A stretch of 64,000 nucleotides of DNA from Octopus sinensis (lineage: Eukaryota). A program made the position numbers and the translations under genes. Shown in pieces: positions 53,090-63,419 of the stretch. Position 1 is the stretch's first letter, and the number at the start of each line of letters is the position of its first letter. The DNA is taken from assembly GCF_006345805.1 (NCBI RefSeq), contig NC_043003.1:96348001-96412000 (forward strand), in the 5' to 3' direction. The notes under the pieces were generated by a model. The model ran no database searches. It had not been told where the DNA came from and worked only from the letters and a program-made list of their open reading frames with translations.

Positions 53090-53900
53090 TCACTTAAACA
53101 TTTATTAGTTGCAATATGGTGTCAAAATTTTCATCACTTGAAACTGTGACTTTGTCACTGACACCATTACACAGCATAACAAGGATGTTCAAATAAATCA
53201 ACAATGATTTTAAAAAATAAATAAAATCAGAAATGCAATATGAAATACCTCATGAGTTAGACAGTTTAAGCTAAAATTTTGCTTCTTAACTGGTATATTT
53301 TGGAGTTATTCTAAAAGAGCATCATGTAAACAGATAGCTGATATTGTTGTTATTGTGTTTGCAGCATCTCAGAGTTCAGCATTACAGGCCAATAAATCAT
53401 TTGCAAGTGTTTTCTTGGCCCACAGAAAGTGTACTTCTCTCTGGGATTTTATACTTTATCTCACATACACAGTAACGTTTGGAACATTAAGATGATGCAA
53501 CCAGTTAGTTGACTTAATACCTTCAACCAGCTGATTTCTGTTCCGAAAGACTTTTAGATAATTCATTAATAGCTGTGTTCATCTTAACTTTATCTTAAGA
53601 CATGTCTTAAAATATATGATAAAACTTACAAGTCCTTTCATAAAGACAATAGTGAGTGTGTTAAGTGGAGATTTATCTCCTTCTCTAATTCAGTTGTTGA
53701 TTATGCTAAAATTAGTTAAGGATGGTTCTGGTTGGTACGATGTGTTTATATCTCTCCTTATGATGGATGGGAATGCTACATACTAACATGTGGTTTACTG
53801 TACTATGTCGGTAACACCATATCTGCTCTTTTGTACAATCCTTTCTCCTTGTTATTTATTTCTCTCACTGGGTAGTAGCAACAAGAAATTTCCTCACCTC
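53090..53900 (-). mobile_element. Very degenerate Penelope-like element 3' remnant
   Basis: Fragmentary HP..K..I, E...L..L and C.CE..Y...KH-like peptides upstream of the hammerhead/AATAAA module. Confidence 0.45.
53116..53167 (-). ncRNA. Minimal type I hammerhead ribozyme-like motif in a Penelope 3' pLTR
   Basis: Minus strand: atggtgtca-GTGACAA-a-gtcac-agtttcaa-gtgat-GAAA-at-TT-tgacaccat. 9-bp helix I, 5-bp helix II, AATAAA about 10 nt downstream. Core positions 3/8 are non-canonical. Confidence 0.6.
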
Positions 53901-53949
53901 TTTGAATTAATCTGCTGTCTCTGTCGTCCTCTGAACACTTCCAACTATG

Positions 53950-54790
53950 ATGGTTTCATAATCATCATTCCCACAGAGAAAACTTCCAATTATACTACAT
54001 GTTGTGCATCCATCTCCACAATACACGTTTGACTAGACCTTCGTAACTTTCTCTTTTTACTACACGAGTCTCACTACTATGTTTGCATACATTGTCAAGT
54101 CTTTTCAGACTTTTGATCACTTTAAACCAATAAAGCCACTAACCCTTACACTGTCCCTTTCATAACCTTAAATACCTGTTTCTTTACTACCCACAAGGGC
54201 TAAACACAGAGAGGACAAACAAGGACAGACAAATGGATTAAGTCGATTACATCGACCCCAGTGCGTAACCAGTACTTAATTTATCGACCCCGAAAGGATG
54301 AAAGGCAAAGTTGACCTTGGTGGAATTTGAACTCAGAACATAATGGCAGACGAAATACAGCTACGCATTTTGCCCAGCGTGCTAACGTTTCTGCTATCTT
54401 ATCGCCTTAAATACCATGCTTCAGATCCTCCCATTATCTTTGCCAAACTCTTTAACCATTTCCTATAGGGGATCATCTCAAGCTTTAAAAATAGACTACA
54501 ATGTGTTCCATTCCCCAGATGACAACTTCACTAATCCTTTTAACTATCAACCAATCATGCTCATTCCAACATGTTTAAGGTGATAGAAGCAGCCATTAAC
54601 AATTATCTTCTCCAACACCTTACGCCTCTCTTCTACATCACTGCCACAATGGTATTAGTCACATGCTCTTCTATGTCACTCACCTGTAGTCTTTTGTCCT
54701 TGTGAAGTTCATTGAAAACAATGTCACTGCACTTGATACCAAAATATTAACCTGTGTCTTTTACCGGCTGTCTCATTATAAAGATTTAGT
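53950..54790 (+). mobile_element. Decayed CR1/L2/Jockey-type LINE RT fragment interrupted by a SINE
   Basis: Manual reading NKAT.P..LKY|..FAKLFN..P..DNFTNPFNYQPIMLIP/KVIEAAINNYLLQHL (cf. KA.GPD, NYRPISL, KVLE motifs). Confidence 0.65.
54177..54404 (-). mobile_element. Family D SINE (alternative tail) with target-site duplication
   Basis: ccttaaatacc at 54166-54176 and 54405-54415 (part may overlap the SINE 5' end); young CpG-rich core. Confidence 0.85.
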
Positions 54791-55666
54791 CAAAAGTCAT
54801 CTCTTACCCACAAATATCAAACATGATAGATTAATTCCCAAATTCTTGAAGTTGTCTTGCTTTTTCCTTCAAGGGTTGCTAATAATTGCTGCTGTTTGTT
54901 TTCTTTCTTTTACAAAGAGAGTAATTTCAAGGAATTAACAACATTGGTTTAATTTAATTATCTCCATTAGCTCATTTTATAGATTTTATTCTTTTTCATA
55001 TTTTAGTCATGTGACTATGGCCATGCTGGGACACCACCTTGATAAATTTATTTCAACCATTTAAAATATTTCAAGTTTTCACCACATTATTTTCAAAAAA
55101 TGTAGTTTGATATAGCTTTGCATGGTGATGACAAAAATGGCATTCATTTTTCCCCGCTAAAAATTAATAATAAAGACGTTACAAGTATTTAAAGTTATGG
55201 AATGATAACCAATAAAAAATTCCCATTGCTGACCTATCAGAAGTTTCAACTATTTATTGTCTTGGAGTTGAGCATACACAATGCATTTTACTTTTAATCT
55301 ACATAATAAGCTCAACGTTTGTGTGTCTGTACATCTATAGGACGAAAAGGAATAGAAAATACATAAAAATAAAGTGTTCTCATGTAAACTTTTACGAGGA
55401 AGATGATGAGCTACATAAAATTTACCTTCTATTGTGATTAGGGGGCTTAAAGGGGGGCAAACACCCCCTGTGAAATTTCAAATACCTCTGATTTCAATGA
55501 AAATAACAACATAATGACTAGGTACTAAATAAAGACGATTTCCAAAATTTCACCATACAATATTATTTAACCACCCTTATTGGGTTTTATAACATGGGAC
55601 AGAGCCCCTTTGAAAGTGCATATACATCCACATATATGTATACATATATATATATATATATATCTG

Positions 55667-56859
55667 ATCATCATCATCATCATCGTTTAACATCCGCTTT
55701 CCATGCTACCATGGGTTGGACGATTTGACTGAGGACTGGCGAACCAGATGGCTGTACCAGGCTCCAATCTTAATCTGGCAGTGTTTCTACAGCTGGATGC
55801 CTTTCCAAACGCCAACCACTCCGTGAATGTAGTGGGTGCTTTTACTTGCCACCAGCACAAGGGCCAGTCAAGCAGTACTGGCAATGGCCACGCTCAAATG
55901 GTATTTTTTTATGTGCCACCTGCATAGGAGCCAATCCAGTGGCACTGGCAACGACCTCACTTGAAAGCTTTTCAGGTGCCACCGACACAAGTGCCAGTAA
56001 GGCGACGCTGGTAACAATCATGCTCAAATGGTGCTTTTTATGTGCCACCAGCATCAAAGCCAGTTAGCCGCTCTGGCAATGATCACGCTCAGATGGTGCT
56101 CTTAGCGCTCCACTAGCAAGGATGCCAGTTATCGAATTTGATTTCGATTTTGATTTCACTTGCCTCAACAGGTCTTCACAAGCAGAGTTTAGTGTCCAAT
56201 GAAGGAAAGGTATGCATAAGTGGGCTGATTACACCCCTGGCATAGGCTGGCCGGGTCTTCTCAAGCACAGCATATTTCCAAAAGTCTCGGTCACTAGTCA
56301 TTGCCTTGGTGAGGCCTAATGTTCAAAGGTCATGCTTCATCACTTCATCCCAGGTCTTCCTGGGTCTACCTCTTCTACAGGTTTCTTCAACTGCTAGGGT
56401 GTGACACTTTTTCACACAGCTGTCCTCATTCATTCGCAACACATGACCATACCAGCACAGTCGTCTCTCTTGCACACCACATCTGATGCTTCTTAAATTA
56501 AATTTTCTCTCAGGGTGCTTACACTCTGTCGTGTATACACTCTGTCGTGTATGCACACTGACATTACACATCCAGCAGAGCATACTGGCTTCATTCATTG
56601 CAAGCTTACGCATGTCCTCAGAAGTCATGTCCCATGTTTCACTGCCATGTAGCATGGCTTTTCGTACACATGCGTCATTCAGTCTACCTTTTACTCTGAG
56701 TGAGAAGCCCTTTGTCACCAGCAGAGGTAAGAGCTCTCTGAACTTTGCCCAGGTTGTTCTTATTCTAGCAGCTACACTTTCAACGCACCCTCAACCGCAA
56801 GGTAACGGAAGCTATCAACTACTTCTAGTTTTTCTCCCTGGAAAGTGGCGGAAGTTGTT
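55667..56859 (-). mobile_element. 5'-truncated RTE-clade LINE: RT C-terminus, 3' UTR and (GAT)n tail
   Basis: GEKLEVVDSFRYL..ARIRTTWAKFRELLPLL; ORF 56323-56718 MLHGSETW..RRLCWYGHVLRM..RGRPRKTW. Confidence 0.9.
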
Positions 56860-56860
56860 T

Positions 56861-56922
<62 letters not shown>

Positions 56923-57047
56923 AGTAATAAGTATCACAGTTTTATCACGCTAGGCCACTTGGTGTTTTAAATTGGTGTTATTAATTAATATTCAATTTTT
57001 TCCCCCTTATTGTGATTTTTTATATATATAGATATATATATGCATAT

Positions 57048-57213
57048 ATCATCATCATCATCATCATCATTTAACGTCCGCTTTCCATGCTAGCATGGGT
57101 TGGACGGTTCAACTGGGGTCTGGGGAGCCCGAAAGCTGCACCAGTCCAGTCAGATCTGGCAGTGTTTCTACAGCTGGATGCCCTTCCTAACGCCAACCAC
57201 TCCGAGAGTGTAG

Positions 57214-57214
<1 letters not shown>
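57048..57214 (-). mobile_element. RTE LINE 3' tail fragment
   Basis: Matches 55667-55830 and the reverse complement of 63190-63347. Confidence 0.8.
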
Positions 57215-57305
<91 letters not shown>

Positions 57306-57323
57306 TATATATATATATATATA

Positions 57324-57602
57324 TATACTGTTGTATCTAGGGAGAGTCACTCTCTTCTGGCACCCTACAACTCAACACACTCACCAGTAAAACTTCCACC
57401 CATTTCCCTGCTATTCCTCCAAAACTCCTACTGTGTCCCACAACCCTTTCAATAGTTTTGAAAGTCAAAACTATTGTAAAGGTTGCAAGACACAACAAAA
57501 ATTTTAGAAAATTAAAAAGAAACAAGTGGAAACTCCAGCGGTGAGTGTGTTAAATTATAAGGCACCAAAAGAGAATGACTCTCCCCAGACACAACAGTAT
57601 AT
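57324..57602. mobile_element. Fold-back Penelope-pLTR-like element (about 138-bp arms, 3-nt loop) with hammerhead-like motif at 57471-57507; left arm T>C hypermutated
   Basis: Centre caatagttttga-aag-tcaaaactattg; same family as 29171-29498. Confidence 0.8.
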
Positions 57603-57661
57603 GCTTCAACACACAAACTCACATAAAGAATCTTGCAAACCAAATCTAAAGACGAAATATA

Positions 57662-58183
57662 TTGGGTTGTCCAGAAAGTTCATGCCGATTTTTAAAGGAA
57701 AGAAAAAGGTCAATAAATACTTGCCATTACATTTTTAATCAACCAAATATGAACCATTTTGTAGCACAATACGTCTCCATCTTTCCTTTAACTTGAAAAT
57801 ACCCTCTTCCCAGAATTGAGGTGGTTTCATGGCAACAAATTCATCAAGGTATCTTTTTACTTCATCCAAGGAATTGAAATTTTTACCATTAAGACTATTC
57901 TGCAGAGACCTGAATAAGTGGAAATTCGAAGGAGCAATATCTGGTGAATATGGAGGGTGAAGCAATTTTTGTCTGGTTCCCAAAGCATCAAATGCCAAAA
58001 ATGAACTTTCTTATATTCCATTTTAAAGGGTTACAGAATTAACACAGGTTATAGGAACATAAATCTTCCACGAAAAGATAGCTTAAACTGTGCTCTATAT
58101 GGAGGTGTAGTCAAATCCTATTTTATGGACTCAACCATGTTTCTAAAATAAGTCGAAACGTAAGCTACTACTTTCCAGACAAC

Positions 58184-58187
<4 letters not shown>
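57662..58187 (-). mobile_element. Internally deleted mariner (DD34D-type) element with both TIRs and TA TSD
   Basis: TA|ttgggttgtccagaaagt ... actttccagacaacccaa|TA. N-terminal MEYKKVHFWHLMLWE joined out of frame to C-terminal HPPYSPDIAPSNFHLFRSLQNSL..GIFKLKERW..NGSY. Confidence 0.9.
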
Positions 58188-58227
<40 letters not shown>

Positions 58228-58229
58228 TA

Positions 58230-58445
58230 CGAGGTGGGTGGGGTTGAAAAGTTCTTGGCTTTGAGTAAAAGAAAATATAGGTGGATCAGTTACTTAAGAT
58301 TTTATTCAGCATATTCCATTCTCAGACTCGCATGCTTATTGCAGTGACCCTTCAATTTTTCTAATCCCTGTAAAAGAACTCAGAAGGTTGGGACTCCAAC
58401 CACACTTTTCATGATACCCTTAAAGTCAGGAACTTTTCAGAACCT
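58230..58445. mobile_element. Mariner-type MITE/terminal fragment
   Basis: TA|CGAGG..GGGGTTGAAAAGTTC start and a partly complementary ggaacttttcag..cctc end. Confidence 0.5.
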
Positions 58446-58459
58446 CTTGTGTATATATG

Positions 58460-58655
58460 TTCTTTTATTCTTTTACTTGTTTCAGTCATTTGACTGTGGC
58501 CATGCTTTTAGTCAAACAAATCAACCCCAGGATTTATTCTTTGTAAGCCTAGTACTCATTCCATCGGTCTCCCTTGCAGAACTGCAAATGTATGGAAAAC
58601 ATAAACACACCATCAGTTGGTAATCGATGGTGGGGGACAAACACAGACAGACAAA
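58460..58655 (-). mobile_element. SINE family A 3' half
   Basis: tcttttacttgtttcagtcatttgactgtggccatgc...ggggacaaacacagac. Confidence 0.7.
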
Positions 58656-58679
58656 CATACAATGTAATTATTCTTTTTC

Positions 58680-59680
58680 ATTCCAGGTGCCATTATATTA
58701 AACATTTGCAAAGAGTAACCATGCCTTGCACAAAAAATTCAGCAGAACTGTCAGATTTTCAAAGCAGTCATATTGTTGGGCAATCTGAGGCTGGTCTTTG
58801 CCAGCGAAAAATTGCCGAAATTCTTCAAATTCCTTTTGCTACTGTAAATAGAATTATAGTGCAATTCAAAAGCCAAGGAAAGAATCAACAAATTCTCATC
58901 CCAGCTGACCTGGGACTTGGAAATGAAGCGTCACTGTTTGAAGAGAATTGTGAAAAACGAACCCCGTTAAAAGGCTTCTGATATTGCAAAACAGCTAGAA
59001 GTTAGTCCAAGAACGTATGTTACATATCTGCATAAGCTTAGATATTATAGAAAAGCCGCTAGAAGAAAACCTCTCCTTCAACCAATTAATATCATGAAAA
59101 GAAAGAAATGAGGAGATGCCAGAGAAATCCAATTCATTTTAGGATAGAGTGATTTTCTCAGATGAACCCAGATTTGCATTATTTTCAGACAGTAGACGTG
59201 TTTGGATCGGGAGGCTTCCCAATCAAGAATTTGATTTGAGACAACTCCAACCAACTGTGAAACATGGTGGTATCTCTGTGATGGTATGGGAGCTGTCATC
59301 AGCAATGGCTGTTCTGAGCTGATTGAATGTGTTGGAACCATAAACTCTGAAAAATACATTCAAATACTTAAGCAAGGACTACTTCCGATGTATTCACGTA
59401 GTACCATAACGAAAAATGAGTTTTTATTCATGGAAGATGGGCTCCATGCCATACAGCAAAAAGGAATTAACAATGGCTGACTGAAAATGAGATGAAAAAG
59501 CTTACTTGGCCCAACCAATCTCTTTACATGAACCCAATTGAAAATCTTTGGAGTATATGAGATAGAGCTATACGAAAAACTCGACAGAAACCTAAAGCTG
59601 AAGGTGAATTCTTTTGATTGTTGAATGAAAAGTGGGCAGAAATTCCACAAAGCTCATCAGTTCAATGCCTAAAAGACACG
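58680..59680 (+). mobile_element. Tc1-like transposase pseudogene (near-full-length coding region, frameshifted)
   Basis: ATG at 58721: ELSDFQSSHIVG..CQRKIAEILQIPFATVNRII (HTH); ARRKPLL; VIFSDEPRF; [13 protein letters not shown]; GTINSEKYIQIL; FMEDG; WPNQSLYMNPIENLW. Confidence 0.9.
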
Positions 59681-59689
59681 ACATGTTGG

Positions 59690-60139
59690 GGGGGATTTGC
59701 CAGGGCAGGGCCAATCCATAACATTACATGACATGTCAGATTAGTCAGAGGGGCAGACCCAATTCATAACATTACATGACATGTCAGATTAGCCAGAGGG
59801 GCAGACACAAACCAAAACATTACATGACATGTCAGATTCGCCAGAGGGGTAGACCCAATCCATAACATTACATGACATGTCAGATTTGCCAGAGGGGCAG
59901 AGTCAATGCATAACATTACATGACATGTCAGATTAGCCAGGGGGGAGACCCAATCCATAACATTACATGACATGTCAGATTCGCCAAAGGGGTAGATTCA
60001 ACTCATAACATTACATGACATGTCAGATTAGCCAGGGGGGCAGACACAACCCATAACATTACATGACATGTCAGATTCGCCAGAGGGGTAGACCCAATCC
60101 ATAACATTACGTGACATGTCGGAGATTCGCCAGAGGGGC
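59690..60139. repeat. Minisatellite, 48-bp unit x about 9
   Basis: Consensus ccaatccataacattacatgacatgtcagattcgccagaggggyagac; units at 59711, 59759, 59807, 59855 and onward. Confidence 0.9.
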
Positions 60140-60145
60140 ATATAT

Positions 60146-60192
<47 letters not shown>

Positions 60193-60266
60193 ATATAAAG
60201 ATATATATATATATATACATGTATATATAAAGATATATATATATATATATATACATGTATATATAA

Positions 60267-60300
<34 letters not shown>

Positions 60301-60339
60301 GAATATATATGTATACACATATATACATGTATATATATA

Positions 60340-60770
60340 TTGGCCACGTGTGTATCATTGGCGATTTTCTTTCTCATCTTCCTTTCCTTGGACCTTTTCT
60401 TTTTTCTATATTTCTGAGGAAGATCTTCTTTCTTCCCTCTCCTGAGCATCCAATAACACTATATTTGTTCCACGTCCTCACATTGTGTTTTCTCTTTGTT
60501 CATGTTTGGATTAACTATATATATATATATATATATGCACATATTCGTGTATATATATATATGTGTGTATATATATACATGATAAATCGCTAGCCACTAC
60601 GCATTCTTTATTTTCTCTCCTTGATTCTTTCTATGTTCCTTTCAGTGGAAGTGCGTAGGCTTGAAATGTTAAAGACTTTTTCATTTCCCGAGCATTTAGT
60701 TAATACATTTGTTTGTTGTCTACACCACCTGTCTTTGTCTTTTGTTTTTTGTGAATTCTCCCCTTATATA
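60340..60770 (+). mobile_element. Penelope pLTR-like fragments in (TA)n with a decayed minimal hammerhead at 60639-60674
   Basis: cttt-CAGTGGA-a-gtgc-gtag-gctt-GAAA-tg-TT-aaag; a second CTGAGGA half-motif near 60414. Confidence 0.45.
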
Positions 60771-60784
60771 TGTATATATATATA

Positions 60785-60945
60785 TGCTGTGTTTACATCC
60801 CCATAACTTAGCCGTTTGCAAAATATACCTATAGAATAAGTACTATGCTTACAAAGAATAAATCCTGTTGTCAATTTCTTCAACTAAAGGTGGTGCTCTA
60901 GCATGGCCACAGTCACATGACTGAAGCAAGCAAAACAATAAAAAA
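60785..60945 (+). mobile_element. SINE family A 3' half
   Basis: gtgtttacatccccataacttagc..tagaataagtact..gcatggccacagtc. Confidence 0.7.
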
Positions 60946-63008
60946 GCATGCCATTTTAATCCCGAGCAAAGCCAGGTATCTCTGCTAGTTATATAAATAA
61001 CCAAACTTTAAAAATAAATCAAAACAACTCCCTATCTATGCTGTCATGGAAAATGAATGTGTTGCATAAATTTTATTTATTCTGTTATTCAATGTTAAAA
61101 TCTGTTTTTATATTTCATTGGGAAATATGTATGATAAAACACCAGACTTATGCATTAAGATATTTAGTTTGCTCTCTTACAGTTAAGGTTCAAAACTGCC
61201 AAAACCATCTCTGCCTTTAATTCCTCCAGGTTCAATACAATAACTACCAGTTATATACTGTGGTTAGCTCAGCTCACTACAAAATATAATCTTCAACCAA
61301 ATCAAAAGAAATCAATATTTTTACACACACAGCCATCAGTTTTCATAACTTCTTATCATTAAACAACAATGATATTTTATGTTTTGTTTTCTTTTTTAAA
61401 TATATTTTTTATATAATAAAAAAAAACAGTTTAATCCTTTAAATCATTTAAATCACTTTGGACTTAATCCACGGAATTTTCTGTGCTCATATTCCATATA
61501 AGAAGATTTGGAATTGTAAATGAATGCTTTTAAAGTGTCTTTAGAAAAGCTTTCTGGTAAACAACAGTCAGATGCCTCTGGAACTATACTTCTGTTTGGC
61601 TGAAATATAATACTTTCAAAATTAATATAAACTAAACTAAAATAATAAATTATTAATTTCTTTTTTTAAATATAAATTATAATTTAGCAACAAAATTCAG
61701 TAATATATATTTCATTATAATTTTTAACACACAAATGCATAGTAAACAAAAACTGCGAGAAAACTGAGACACAAATAAAAAGATCTAATGCTTTATCAAC
61801 ACTACAGCTCAGTAAATTGTTCTATGAGACAAGCTTCATCATTGAAAGAGATCTAAGATGTGTTGTTTTTGTAGTGTGGCCTATTTTATCAGGAGCAATA
61901 TCTGATAAGGCCTAGTGCTAGAAAGAGATCATTTATGACTGCCATAGTTTCAGTTCATAACCCACAATGAAGATGATCAAAATGAACTCAGTCAGATCAT
62001 AACAGTTATTGTTCTTTTACTGTGTTAGGTGTTGTTAAGCAACAAGATGGATAAGGGTGATTAGGTGGTCTAGGGCTTAGGAGCAGGAGACCCCAGACCT
62101 TGGAAAAAAAAGAACTTTGGTCATCTTGTTGTAGTCGAGGGCTCTTCATTGACACCCGGCACCACTGGGAGGTGGCCCTCGAAGTCGCTGGAAATGGAAA
62201 TCTCCAGGTCCAAATTCTTGGATGGCTGTGTTAGGTGTTGGGAGAATTGGGTAACCTAGTAAAATGTTTGATCTGAATGACATTTGAGGTTGTAAAATTC
62301 GCTTATGTGCTTTTTTGTGTATGGGACAGGGAGTTTGAGCATGGAATGGAAGGGACTGTGTATGTAACAGTATGCTATAGCAATACACTCTGCTCCCTGC
62401 ACACACAGAAAGGCCATCATTTTATCACATGTGTTATTTTATGTTGTGATTTGCTGCACAAAAGATTGAAAATTCAAACAGGACCGATTCTGTAATATAT
62501 AGTTTGCACTTTCAAGATTTTATATCAGAGTATTTACCAAATGTGCTGCTTCAAAGTGTTCCAGGTATGTTTGTGTGCATTACTTTGCTTTCTTTATGAG
62601 TAAGTAAGTTCTCCGGATAGTACTGTCCTAGAGTTCTTGGACTCATAGACTGTCCCCATGGTGTACAAGTGATAAAGATCACAATAACCCCACCACCAAA
62701 CAGGATGCCAGTCCATTGAAGGGTTATTCATTTACAGCTGAGTATTCAACTTTTCCAAAGATTCTGAAAATTATGTCACATGTGCCGCGGTGTATTGTGT
62801 AATTTTCCTTGTGCACTAAATATCAAATCAATACCACCATATGAGTTATTCTGATTTATAAAACAAATTGGTATATAAATATACTGACAAGATAGCGTGT
62901 GTGTGGTTCCAACTGTATGAAATTTGTATGAAACCAAACTAAATCTAAATTGCAGTTCTTCACTTGTATATTTTCTATAGAATTTTAACCCAAAACTTTT
63001 ATATATAT

Positions 63009-63344
63009 ATCAATGGGAATTGTAGCTGTGATACTAGTGCCGGTGGCATATAAGAGAACCATCCGAATGTGGCTGTTGCCCTGACTGGCCTCCGTGCTGG
63101 TGGCACGTAAAAAGCAACATCCAATCGTGGCCGTTTGCCAGCCTCGTCTGGCACTTGTGCCAGTGGCACGTAAAAAGCACCCACTACACTCACGGAGTGG
63201 TTGGCGTTAGGAAGGGCATCCAGCTGTAGAAACACTGCCAGATCAGACTGGGCCTGGTGCAGCCTACTGGCTTCCCAGACCCCAGTTGAACCGTCCAACC
63301 CATGCTAGCATGGAAAATGGACGTTAAACGATGATGATGATGAT

Positions 63345-63347
<3 letters not shown>
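63009..63347 (+). mobile_element. RTE LINE 3' UTR/tail fragment within (TA)n
   Basis: Colinear with 1038-1372. Confidence 0.8.
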
Positions 63348-63379
<32 letters not shown>

Positions 63380-63419
63380 ATACATACATATGTATATGTG
63401 TGTGTGTGTGCATATGTTT

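Larger units (their letters stand above)
55298..60988 (+). mobile_element. Putative non-autonomous Helitron shell enclosing nested insertions
   Basis: 5' A|TCtacataataag at 55297/55298. 3' imperfect GC hairpin cccgagc-aaa-gccagg then CTAG|T at 60985-60989. That the two ends belong to one element is inference. Confidence 0.45.

Noticed and set aside
59690-60139. Regular repeat with a palindromic core that could be mistaken for a CRISPR array or p53 response elements
   Set aside because: No unique spacers, no cas genes and a eukaryotic context; CATG cores are not spaced as RRRCWWGYYY dimers.
8352-60593. Many ORFs rich in YI/MYVC/HT/poly-Ile, some hydrophobic enough to mimic membrane proteins
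   Set aside because: They are translations of (TA)n, (TATG)n, (CA)n and (ATT)n microsatellites.
62000-62640. Higher-GC segment with an 86-aa minus-strand ORF, possibly a retroelement ORF1/gag remnant
   Set aside because: No clear CCHC, RT or endonuclease motif could be read; a database search is needed.
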